From contig OZ336874.1 in assembly GCA_965287045.1 (NCBI GenBank), positions 49,600,001 to 49,664,000 on the forward strand: a DNA stretch of 64,000 nucleotides, given 5' to 3'. The stretch comes from Carcharhinus amblyrhynchos (Eukaryota). The first letter of the stretch is position 1; the number at the start of each line of letters is the position of its first letter. The translations under genes and the position numbers were made by a program. Positions 10,831 to 21,726 of the stretch are shown here, piece by piece. The notes beneath the pieces are model-generated. The model made no database searches, had not been told where the DNA came from, and saw nothing but the letters and a program-made list of their open reading frames with translations.

Positions 10831-11324
10831 TTTTTAAGGCGTTTTCTATTGGCGTTAATTTAGTGAATGTATTTTTCTCTGGATTATTTTGTCTGTATTT
10901 TAATGACGTCTTGTTCCATTTTTGCTCCACGCATCAGTTGATTCTGCGGGTAATCGACAATGTTTGGAGTTTTCTTTCTGTTAGGAAGGTTTAGGTTTAT
11001 TCCTCTTGTTTTTAACTGACTTTGATATTGCACATTGCGAGGAGCTATATTTGTCGGTTCTCAACATGATGCACGACTGAAATAAAGAACACTGGTTGTT
11101 TTATAACTTTAAGTTGTTATAGCAAAGAAGTCTTGGGAATCCCTTCAAGCTTCCTTGGGGAAGAGGAGCAAAGGAAAGCTGCAGGATAGGTGAGGTTGAA
11201 CATTGAGGACTGTCCTCTCGCTGCCACTCGACCATATTGCTGGATTGATCTTCACTTAATCAGCCTAGTGCTGAATGTTTGTTTGCAGTGCCTGCCCTTT
11301 TAATACCAGTATAATGTGAATAAG

Positions 11325-11716
11325 TGTGAGGTTATCCACTTCAGCAGCAAAATTAAGAAGGCAGATTATTATTTGAATGTGTGTAAATCGAGAAAGGTGG
11401 ATACTCAGCAAGACCTTGGTGTCCTTGTGCATCAGTTGCTGAAAGTAAGTGCTTGGGTACAATAGGTAGTAAAGATGGAAAATGGTATATTGGCCTTTGT
11501 AGAAGAACAAAGAAAATTACAGCACAGGGACAGGCCCTTTGGCCCTCCAAGCCTGTACCGATCATGCTGCTCATCAGAACTAAAATTCCCTACCCTTCTA
11601 GGGACCATATCCCTCTATTCCCATCCTAGCTGTGTATTTGTCTTACACCGCTTAAGAGTCACTATCGTATCTGCTCCCACTACCTCCCTCCGGCAGTGAG
11701 TTCTAGGCACCCACCA
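11325..11716. mobile_element. Two abutting CR1 fragments (RT piece on +, 3' tail on -)
   Basis: tgtgaggttatccactt...gaccttggtgtccttgtgcatcag (CEVIHF, DLGVLVH), then an inverted tail aagaacaaagaaaattacagcacaggg. Confidence 0.7.
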
Positions 11717-12335
11717 AGGGGGTACAGAAACCCCAATTAAAACAAAGTAGAATAGTTTAGAATAGGGGTCACAGTGTGCCTTATGTATACCAGAAGGGGA
11801 TACCAGAAACCACTAGGATTTTGAAGACTATTTTAAACAAAATAATTTTAGAATAGGAATCATGGTGTGCCTTACAATAAGGAATCACAAAGTGCCTAAA
11901 ATAGAAATATCATAAAGTATGTCTGCATAGAGACATGTACAATCATTGGTAGAGAATTCTGAGTAAGTATTGTAGGTTTAAAACACTTGTTTGATGGACT
12001 TTAGTATTTTATCCAGCAATTGCTCTATCAGTGTAACTGCATTAAAAATGAAATGATTAACTAGAATCCTCATGTCTTTCCCAGACAGCAACATAGAAGT
12101 TGCTGTTTAAGTGCCAAGCCTGTCCAATCAATTATCTGTCAATGTTGTAGTACTTGTCAATAGCTAAAAAATGGTGATATGTTCTTGGTTTGCCCATCGT
12201 GGAGGTGTAGAGTTTTTTTTACTTTGGATTTTCATACAAAGTGTTTCCCACATGTCAGAAACAGATGTAAGAGCATTGATTGATGTTTCATTGCATTTGT
12301 TTGCCTGATATTGTGGTGTTGATCCCTGACAACAG

Positions 12336-12397
12336 ACCATCTTCTCAGTCGTTGGATTATTACTCAGTGCGTCGTGCCAGTTGATTGGTTTGAGCTG
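12336..12397 (+). other. Candidate internal exon of an unidentified plus-strand gene
   Basis: Acceptor caacag| (or cttctcag| at 12348) and consensus donor CTG|gtaaga. CpG-retaining unique sequence with two open frames. Confidence 0.35.
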
Positions 12398-12409
12398 GTA
12401 AGATTGCAA

Positions 12410-13115
12410 GAGGTGAAAAACTGGCTGGCATCTGGTTTCTCACCCCTCATGATACTTCTGACTCCGAATTGCTGGCCCAGTTGCGAGACTGATTTTAATA
12501 TTTAAATTTGAATTTCAGTACGAGTAGTGAGCCTGGGCCAGAATCATCATCCGGGCTTACTTGCCTTAATGGCCTTGCCTGTGTAGGTCCTCACCAGCGA
12601 GAATCATGTATGGTCCCCAGCAATGGGGACCTGATGTGTTTGCCTTGCCATTGTGACCAGAGTCCATTGAGGCCCCGTGGATTGTCAGGGGCAGAAGAGC
12701 AGTGCTTAGCCTGTGGCTTACTTGGCACCCCGTCTACCTGGCAGTGTCAAGGGGTGCAGCCTAAGGGGGGGAGGGGGTGTGCATTCTGTACTGGGGTGGC
12801 AATTATCCAAGGGGGTAAATGGAGAGGGGAGGTAATGTCTGGGGAATGGAGGGAGCGTCATTCTCCCACTGTGTTGTGTACACTTTGCACAATGCGTTGG
12901 GAGTTCAGGTACATGCATAATGGCAGCCTCTAGCAGTTGGCTTCCTGACATGAATAGACTCTGTCCACTCCCCCGCTGGTAAGAATCGCACTTTGCATCA
13001 TAGTTTTTCAAAAGTGGCGTAAGATAGTGTCAGAGAGCTCACCTAAAAAATGGATGCAATTCTCTCCTGTTTTCATGCTCATTTAGCACATAGAATGTTT
13101 TTGGTAAGATCGCCC
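12410..13115. mobile_element. Probable non-autonomous DNA transposon (Harbinger-like MITE)
   Basis: G-rich core and a ...gtaagatcgccc end. The architecture is similar at ~37300-37915 and ~38815-39050. Family assignment is tentative. Confidence 0.35.
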
Positions 13116-13744
13116 TCTCATGTTTTGAATGCACATATAACTCTTCAATTTACCTTTGTAAGAAAGGTGTTACAAGATCCTGACTATCCAATAGAAATGA
13201 GCAGTATTGTTTTTTGAGTTATTATATGAAGCCTGTTATAAATAACTTAGATTGTGGCTCATGGTAATATTTTAGGGATTTTTATTTCTGGGAAGATTTA
13301 ATGTTAACTGTTGAAAATCTAAAGCAGCTTGAAGACTACTTTATTAAAAAGGTTGGTGCCCTGCTGAATTAAGCGGTTAATAGTTAGAAAGGTCAGACCA
13401 TAAAACAACAGGTCGTCTTACTTGGCTGGAGAATTAGAGTTGAGATGTTAATGCTGCTTGCAAAGAAATGCAGGCTAGAGTTGTTCTGGGAGTTAAAGCT
13501 GCAATTAATTTAAGCATTTAATGAGCCCTAGCTATGTCATCATGGAGTTTAAGGAAATTTTAGGCTTGAATTTCTCCATGCGTTTACTAGGGAAGCATGT
13601 GTTCAGCATCAGTGGAAAGACCATACCAAAAAGGTGCTGTTGCAAAGTGGACTCCTGGCAGAAAAAGTGTTCCTGTTAGCTGGCTCTGCATTGTTGGGGC
13701 TTGGGAGAATCCTTGGGAGCTATTTGATGGCTCTGTGCGATTGG

Positions 13745-14612
13745 GGAACAAAGGAAATTACAGCACAGGAACAGGCCCTTCAGCCCTGCACCGACCATGC
13801 TATCCAACGGAATGAAAACCCCCTACTCTTCCGGGGACCATATCCCTCTATTCCCATCCTAGGTATGTATTTGTCAAGATGCCCCTTTAAAAGTCACCAT
13901 CATATCTGCCTCCACTTTTCTCCTGGCAGCAAGTTCCAAGCACTCACCTCCCTCTGTGGGGGAAAAAAAAACTTGCCTTGCACATCGCCTTTAAACCTTG
14001 CCCCTTGCACCTCAAACCTATGCCCTATAGTAATTGACTCTTCACCCTGGGAAAAAGCTTCTGACTATTCACCCTGTCCATGCTCCTCATAATCTTGTAG
14101 ATCTCTATCAGGTTGCCCCCTCAACTTCTCTCATTCCAGTGAGAACAAACCAAGATTCTCCAACCTCTTCTTATAGCTAATGTCCTCCATACCAGGCAAC
14201 ATCCTGGTAAATCTTTTCTATACCCTCTCCAAAGCCTTCACGTTCTTCTGGTACTGTGGCAACCAGAATTGAACACCATATTCCAAGTGGGGCCTCACTA
14301 AGGTTCTATAAAGCTGCAACATGACTTACCACTTTTTAAAGTCAGTGCTCCGGCCGATGATGGCAAGCATGCCTTGTGCCTTTTTGACTACCTTCTCCAT
14401 CTGCTTGCCACTTTCGGTGACCCAGATCCCTCTGCCTATCAATACTCTTAAGGGGTCTGCTATTTACTGTATATTTCCAATCTGTACTTTACCTTGCAAA
14501 ATGTATTACCTCACATTTGTCCAAATTAAACTCCATCTGCCACCTCTCTGCCCAAGTCTCCAACCAATCTGTGTCTTGCTATATCCTGTGACGGTCCTCA
14601 ACGCTATCCACA
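13745..14612 (-). mobile_element. 5'-truncated CR1 LINE (RT C-terminal region plus 3' tail)
   Basis: Colinear with 60996-62125. Complement of [12 protein letters not shown] at ~14250-14310. Confidence 0.85.
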
Positions 14613-15189
14613 ATGCAGGTTAAGGGATGTCCTGGGGAGCTGAGAAATTGGCAGAAGGTTACAAGATCTATACTGGAGAGGATTCAGAAGAAACCCTGGA
14701 GCAATTTATAGGTTGGTTTAGTTGGGAAGATTGGAGCTTGGTGACAGACCAGTGAAGCTAGTCGGCTATTAAAGAGCTGAAATTGTACAATAAGTAGAGA
14801 CTGGAGTGTAGACTTGGATATCCAGGGAAACGGTGTCTCTTGAAATGAAACAGAAACCCTAGGAGGCATGTAATTGTTGAGACAATTTGATTTGCTGTGG
14901 CTTTAATTTTGAATGGTTTGCTGCATTTTTTTTGTCTCTCCTTGGAAGATTTTAGAAGATCTGGAAATAAAAGCATCTAGCTATTAGCCCATCAATTTGC
15001 ATGTTTATTCTTACAATGGAGGTTTGCTGCTATTTTATACACTTGACAGCTGAGACATCCTTTTTGGAAGAGATGTGGTATTATTTAATTTCAGTACACT
15101 TGGGTTGCAGATTAGGGTCTGACACTGGAATTATGTTGCTATATTTTACATCAAGAACACTCAAAGCCATTTTGATACTTCAGTGTGAC

Positions 15190-15415
15190 TGCCATTTGGC
15201 CATTCACACCCTTTACTCTCTCTGTGGACAGCTATTAGCAGTCTTTTCTCCTGGTTTCTGTGACTATGACTCATCTTTCATTCCCTCGCCCTGCAGTATA
15301 AATATCTCCCACTTTTTATACTTTTTAACTTTGACAAAGGTCATCTGGACTCAATGTCAGCTCTTTTCTTTCCTTACCAGACCAACTGAGATTTTCCAGC
15401 ATTTTTTTCTTTTGG
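15190..15415 (+). mobile_element. Penelope-like terminus (same family as 3484-3662), decayed hammerhead
   Basis: tttgacaaaggtcatctggactcaatgtcagctc...attttccagcatttt is shared with 3530-3625. Confidence 0.6.
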
Positions 15416-15849
15416 GAGCCTAGTAAAGGCCATTTGTACCTCTACATCAGCATTTTACTGATGTTGGCATAGAGCTCCCCAACCCCACGTGGGGAAATTG
15501 CTGAGCACATTTGTGGTAGCTTCTTGGAATGAGGATGCCTTTCTTTAACAGTATGGCCCAGAAAGAGGCCCCTCATGGCAATGAGCCCCACTGCAGTAGA
15601 GTTCACCTCTCTGATCACCAGGATCTGCTTATCTGGTCCCAGCACATTTAAAGTAAACCAAAAAAAAATGCTCTCCAGCCCCTTGAATACCTCAAATTGG
15701 CAGCTCCTGAGATGGTCACTGCTGGTAAAGGTCCTATAATTTGGCTATGTGAGCAAAATTGTAATTCCTGCAATTTTGTCTTGGTGGCGGGATTCATGGT
15801 GTTTTGATAGGATTCAAACTGACATTGTGGCTGGTGTTTTATCATCACT

Positions 15850-16254
15850 TGGCTCTGTCGATTGCAGTCTTACCTCAGAGCCACTGAAATGTGAATTCAA
15901 ATCCTGCCCTAGGACTTGAGCCCAAGAGTAGGTTGATCTTTCAGTGCAGTATTGAGAGTACAGCATTATCAGAAGGAACCTCCTGTGGTTCAGCAGTGCA
16001 ACACTGCTGCCTCACAAGATTATTAAAAATTCCTTGACACCATCTGAAGAAATTCGCAACATTTCTCCCTCAGCCAAAGCTTTCAAAATGCATACAACTG
16101 CCTATTCACCACAATGTTGTCGTTGTTGTTGAGCTCCAAAATGCTTGACATATTTGCCCACTTAACAGTCACTGCAACTCAAAATTGCATCTGAGAACCT
16201 TTTTATATGTTTTTGTGAGATGGAATGTATGATATAAATCTGGAACTTTCTTTC
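15850..16254 (+). mobile_element. Ancient DeuSINE-like element (SacSINE1/AmnSINE1 type), decayed
   Basis: tRNA-like head (ttcaaatcc...gacttgagc), then cagtgcagtattgagagtacagc and atttctccctcagcc, ending gatataaat...ctttctttc. Confidence 0.5.
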
Positions 16255-16473
16255 ACTGATGTTCATGGGATGTTGTTGACTCATTAAAATGCTTCATACA
16301 AATAATTACTTTTAAGATATTTAATACAATAGTGAGATGCAAATGCAATTTTTTAACGATGTACTTCATATGGTGTTGGATCAAGTAGATCATATCTTGT
16401 CCAGTTAACACATTATCAGAAACACAGTTATACCACTTTAAAATAACTGTGAATATCAGGCAATAAGAATAGA

Positions 16474-16731
16474 GGTGGCACTGCTGCCTCACAACACCAG
16501 GGGTCTGGGTTCAATTCCAGCCTTGGGTCATTGTCTGTGTGGCGTTTGCACATTCTCCCTGGGTCTGGTGTGGGTTTCCGCCCACAGTCTGAAAGACGTG
16601 CTGGTTATTTTCATTAGCAATGCTAAATTCTCCCTCAGTGTACCCGAACAGGAGTCGGAATGTGGCGACTAGGGGATTTTCACAGTAACTTCATTGCGGT
16701 GTTAATGTAAGCCTACTTATGACACTAATAA
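16474..16731 (+). mobile_element. HE1/V-SINE-like SINE
   Basis: gcactgctgcctcacaacaccagggg...gggttcaattcc (B-box), V-domain ctgtgtggcgtttgcacattctccc, and tail gcctacttatgacactaataaa. Confidence 0.85.
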
Positions 16732-17572
16732 ACTTGTTTACAAGAAAGATCAGACAACCTTAATAGCATGATAACTTATCACCTGAAGTTTCCATGAATA
16801 TTTTAAGGATTTCTACCAGGGGAACACCATTTGGAAGTTATTTCTTAGTCAAAAATGAAAAGAAGCTGTCTTTAAAAGTTTCAAGATTATTTTCAATCCC
16901 CACACTTCTCAAATTTGATGATAGTCAAATCTATTTAAAACATAAGACCCAATGTTACATTTTGAAAGACAGAATCACCTATTGCACTTCTGCAGGTAAG
17001 ACAGTTTTGGAATACTAGCTGCAAGTCCCCTAACATCAAAGGTTAGGTAAGAAAGTTCCAGTTGAAGAGGCAACATAACCAAGATGCAATAAGATTATAC
17101 TTCTTGAAAGGAAGAAGGTTGGTGGGAGGGGCAGAGTGTAAAATTGAGATCTAGCAACAGTGAGGTTGAAATGGATTATGTACAAAATGCAAAAGAGCTT
17201 GACAATTCAAAGGAAGAGAGAGATTTGAGGTATCATTAAAGCAATTGGCACAATGTTCCTAGCCTGTTTAAAAGAACAAATGGATTGTAAGGAGTATTAT
17301 ATAAATCCAGAGAAGTCATTTAAGATGATTTTTAATCCTGGGATACCATGAAGTAAAATCTAACGATGATGGAAAGGAAAACCTGGTTTGTGGTACTCCC
17401 ATCAATGTTGAACTTTACCATCACATCTGGAGTATTTCATGCAGATTGGTTTCACTGGTTCAATATGAATACTCTGATACTACAGGATCATAGAAAATAC
17501 TGCACAATTTACCCCAGAATTTATTGAAATGACATTGGTTACATTGCTTCATTTCCATCTTGAAAAGAGAAG

Positions 17573-17912
17573 AATGACAGCACAGTGGTTAGTAATGCTA
17601 CCTCAGTGTCAGGGATCCGGGTTCATATCCCAGTTTGGGCCACTCTGTGTGGAGGCTGCATATTCTCCCTGTGTCTGTGTGGGTTTCCTCCGGGTCCTCT
17701 GGTTTCCTCTCAATCCAAAGATGTGCAGGTTAGATGGATTGATCATACTTAATTGTCCTCTATAGTCCAAAGAAGTAGGGTAGAAGGATTAGCCATGGGA
17801 AACGTGGGGTTATAGGGATAGGGTAGAGGAAAGGGCCTGGGTAAGATACTCTGTCAGAGAGTTGGTGCAGACTCAATAGACCGAATGGCCTCTTCTGTAC
17901 TATAGGGATTCT
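17573..17912 (+). mobile_element. HE1/V-SINE with CR1(HER1)-type tail
   Basis: cacagtggttag A-box, V-domain, and tail ccgaatggcctcttctgtactatagggattct. Confidence 0.85.
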
Positions 17913-18437
17913 GTGCAAGGGGATTTGGTGAAGTGCCCTAAATTGTGAAAGGTTTGGACAAATTGGATATGAATGTGACTCTTTTCTATTTACTAAATTT
18001 AAACGTGAGGCCATACTTACATATTAAGTACAACAAAAAATGGGAAATGCAGAGCTTGTTTTTAGCACTGAAAGGGTTGTCAATAATCAATATAGAAAAA
18101 ACTTTTAATCAGTTTCAAATCAGAACTAGAAGGGTTTATCAACAAATTAAATAGTTATTATTAGACTTATTGAGAATATCATGGACATGTTGGCTAATGT
18201 TTTCTCCTGCTTGAAACTGCTGCTTTTCTTTTGATTAAAAGCCTTATTTTTGAAAGCTAAGGGCCCCAATGATATACATGCATATGTTTTCAAAGTCTTT
18301 TCTGAGAAATGAAATGATCTTCTGGGTTCTTTATATTGATTACCCTGTTTTTAAAAAAAAATCCCATTTGAGAGAATTTCAGCAAATAACATCCCTATTA
18401 AGCAAACTGGATACATCAATGTATAATTTTTCTACAG

Positions 18438-18478
18438 GTTCACACATTCAAAATGTTCAATGGTCACATCAAGTCTTG
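18438..18478 (+). other. Candidate exon (41 nt)
   Basis: Strong acceptor ttttctacag|G and donor TTG|gtgaga. All three frames are open. Confidence 0.4.
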
Positions 18479-18666
18479 GTGAGATCCAGAATGGTGTAAT
18501 TAAAACATGTGATAGCTAGGTGGCACTGTGGCATGCAGTAAGGCCTTCTGCCAATTAAAGAATCTGGCTATTTAAAGGATATTGGCAGGCATTTAAACTC
18601 TCTTGCAGTTTTCTTTTTAGAAAATAACAGATTTCTCAACCTAGATTCAGATATCAAATAGTAAAC

Positions 18667-18927
18667 TGTAATAACTCAGGAAGACTGACTGGAAAGGAAC
18701 AAGGTTTAGAATACAAAGTAAAGCTACAACTATGGTGTACACACACTAGTCCTTTGCCTGGGACTACAGTTCAGCAGCTCCAGTCCTGGGCCTAGCTTTT
18801 ATAAAAGGCTCAGATAATGAGTCCCAGTGGGGCAGGCCACTGCCTGATACCAGGTGAATTTGTACTCAGCAAGCCCCACAGTGAGATCAATCAATGATTC
18901 CCCATGGACATCATGAGAAGTATCACA
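18667..18927. mobile_element. Solo LTR, 261 bp
   Basis: TGTAATA...TATCACA termini (TG..CA, 6/7 inverted). 5-bp TSD taaac at 18662-18666 and 18928-18932. Internal TATA-like run. Confidence 0.8.
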
Positions 18928-19037
18928 TAAACATTACATAAAGAATTTTAATTCTAGCTTCTGCTGATTTAATTTGGCTTCCTTTTAATTTCATTTCATT
19001 CATGAGAAATTAAAGATACAAAATTTAATTTGCACAG

Positions 19038-19145
19038 GTTTTCCCTTTGCTTTTAAAATGCTCAGAGAATCTGGCAGCAAAGAACTTTATGGTCTTGAGC
19101 TTCATGTTTGTGAACTTGCAGAAAGACTGAAAGATTGTGCATTAT
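19038..19145 (+). other. Candidate exon (108 nt), open frame FPFAFKMLRESGSKELYGLELHVCELAERLKDCAL
   Basis: Acceptor ttgcacag|G and weaker donor TAT|gtaaaa. Length is divisible by 3. Confidence 0.35.
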
Positions 19146-19526
19146 GTAAAATTTTTGTGTTATTAAATAGTAACATACTATGTGATATGGCAACGGTATT
19201 GAATTTTTGCAAAACATCATGTGCATTCATCAGATATTTGCATACTCAAAAGTATTGTACCAAGTGTCAGGAATAATATTCATATGTTTACTGGATTTGT
19301 TTCCCTATTTGGAAAGACTCCTTTTATTGTAGTTTGAAATTGGGTGAAGGTGAGAACAAGTGGATCTGAGATTCAGATTGTTGAGGGTTATTATGGCAGT
19401 GTTATGTCACTAAAGATTTGTAATTGGAATGTTTTCTTACTCTATAAAGCATGTTTTGTTCTAAGCAATGGGGGAAAAATGTGTAAACAGGAAGGCAATT
19501 ATTTATGATGGCAGAATGGAGTTAAT

Positions 19527-19915
19527 AAGAACATAAGAAATAGGAGCAGGAGTAGGCCATCTAGCCCCTCGAGCCTGCCCTGCCATTCAATAAGATCATG
19601 GCTGATCTGAAGTGGATCAGTTCCACTTTCCTGCTTTCTCCCCATAACCCTTAATTCCCTTGTCTATCAGAAACCTATCTACCCGTGACTTAAATATATT
19701 CAGCGAGGTAGCCTCCACCACTTCAATAGGCAGAGAATTCCAGAGACTCACCACCCTTTGAGTGAAGAAGTTCCTCCTCAACTCCGATCCAAACTGCACC
19801 CTCCCCCCGCCTTATTTTGAGGCCGTGCCCTCTAGTTCTGCTATTCTTTCTAAGCAGGAAGAATCTCTCTACCTCTACCCTATCTATCCCCTTCATTATC
19901 TTATATGTCTCTATA
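19527..19915 (-). mobile_element. Fairly young CR1 3' fragment
   Basis: ORF ELRRNFFTQRVVSLWNSLP...GIKGYGEKAGKWN. Same (aagaacat)n tail as 44985 and 51865. Confidence 0.9.
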
Positions 19916-19996
19916 AGTTATTCAAATGCAATATGTGAAATGAGAAGTATATATCTTGGTTAAGTTAAATGATAAAATTTACCTTTACAAACCCAG

Positions 19997-20057
19997 ATAT
20001 CACTCCGGCTGCATGTCATTCTACTCCTCAGTCAGTTTATTGGCCATCAAATTACAG
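19997..20057 (+). other. Candidate exon (61 nt)
   Basis: acccag|ATATC...TACAG|gtaatt. Open frames ITPAACHSTPQSVYWPSNY and ISLRLHVILLLSQFIGHQIT. Confidence 0.4.
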
Positions 20058-20689
20058 GTAATTGTAAAGAGTAGGTCACAGTTTAAAAATCAAGGGTGTT
20101 TGTTGTCCGTGTATTTAAATATTTAAATGGTTCTGCCATCACTAAGAATTTAGCTTTTTTTTCAAACATAAAATACAGTTAAATCCTTGATAGTAAAACA
20201 ATGAAACCTTGCTGCTAAGACCGTCACTCTATCAAAAATGATTTATTTCTGGTTTTGGAATCTTAGTGAACTTCACTGAGTGTTTCTGGAAAGGAGGATT
20301 CAATTGCAGGGTTGAAACTGGTTGAGGTGCATCTTTTCTTATTCTGCTTTATATATCTTTTTCAGTAGATTTGCTCAAAGTTGCCCTGCAAGACCATTTT
20401 TGATATTCCCCACTGAAGTCAGCAGTCCTCCACTAGCAATGCTGCCACCATTGGGGTAGTGCAGTGTAGGAGCTCTAGGAAGGGCAGTTGGGCATTCAGA
20501 GAATGCATGGGTATATTGGTGTACAGTTTTATAAATTTTAGTTTTGAATGTTTTGTCGCACTGCTTCCTTTGTGGTCAAGAGGATGCTGCTTTGGTCAAC
20601 AGGGGAAGGTAAGGTCTGGGATTAATGTTGAAGTTAAATTGGTGTGTGTTCACTGACACCGCAGTTGTATGAAGGGGGAAACTCTCCGC

Positions 20690-21122
20690 AGAAAGGGAGA
20701 TGGTTGTGGTGTTTGGAGGTTAATCCTCACAGCTCCAGGACACCATTGCAGGAGTTCCTCAGCAGGTGACATGGTGGCACAATGGTTAGCACTGTTGTCT
20801 CAGTGCCAGTGACCTTGGCTCGATTCCTAGCTTGGGTCACTGTCTGTGTGGAGTTTGCACATTCTCCTCGTGTCCATGTTGCTTTTCTCCTGCAGTACAA
20901 AGGTGTACGGGTTAGGTGGATTGGCCATGCTAAATTGCCCCTTAGTGTCAGGGAGACTATCTAGAATAAATGCCATAAGGTTAAGGGGATTGGATCTGAG
21001 TGGGATTGGTGCAGACTGGATGGGCTGAATGGCCTCCTTCTACACTGAAGGGATTTTATGATAGCATCTTAGACCCAACCATCTTCAACTGCTTCATCAA
21101 TGACTTTCCTTTCATCATAAGA
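20690..21122 (+). mobile_element. LINE RT fragment split by an HE1 SINE (about 20768-21062)
   Basis: ggagttcctcag (GVPQ) lies before the SINE and agcatcttagacccaaccatcttcaactgcttcatcaatgac (SILDPTIFNCFIND) lies after it. Confidence 0.75.
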
Positions 21123-21726
21123 TGGAATGGAATAGGATGCCTGTGCTCCAGTTGTCTTCAAGGGCTAATTTTAACTGTTTCCCCTCCAAAAAAGTTGTGG
21201 TTATAAACAATGAAGCTCCTTTTAACTACCATTCATTGCTTTGATCATATATGCCACCGGTCAACAGAATAATTGGCTCAATATCTAAAATGAAATGCAG
21301 AAAATAGACTGGTTTTTAAATTGATTTCTTTTCCTTAATCTAAACTAAAACTTTATAAGGACATTTTATTTTGACAAGTAAATATGAAGCCTTTGATAGC
21401 ACTTTTGTTCTAGTAACAAATAAAACATTGTGAAAAATCCTAAGAGCTGCTTAATATTTCTGTTAATGTGACATATGAATGCAAGTCTTTCTATTTGTAT
21501 AACCATGATTTATTACCTATGCAGATATCCTGCTCAAATTACTAAAGTTAATTATGTTCAAAGGATGTTATTAATGCATTAATGGTATTTCCCATACTTT
21601 GCTCTCCTAAAAATAAAACTCAACAGACTTTTTCTGTGAATATACTTCCCGTGTCATTTTGTTTCTGACATTATTTGTGATTATGCCTGTAGAAGTGCTG
21701 GGTTACAATGACAGTGACCCATGATT

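Noticed and set aside
16474-16530. tRNA genes (here and at other SINE heads)
   Set aside because: The A/B-box heads run into SINE bodies and show no complete cloverleaf.
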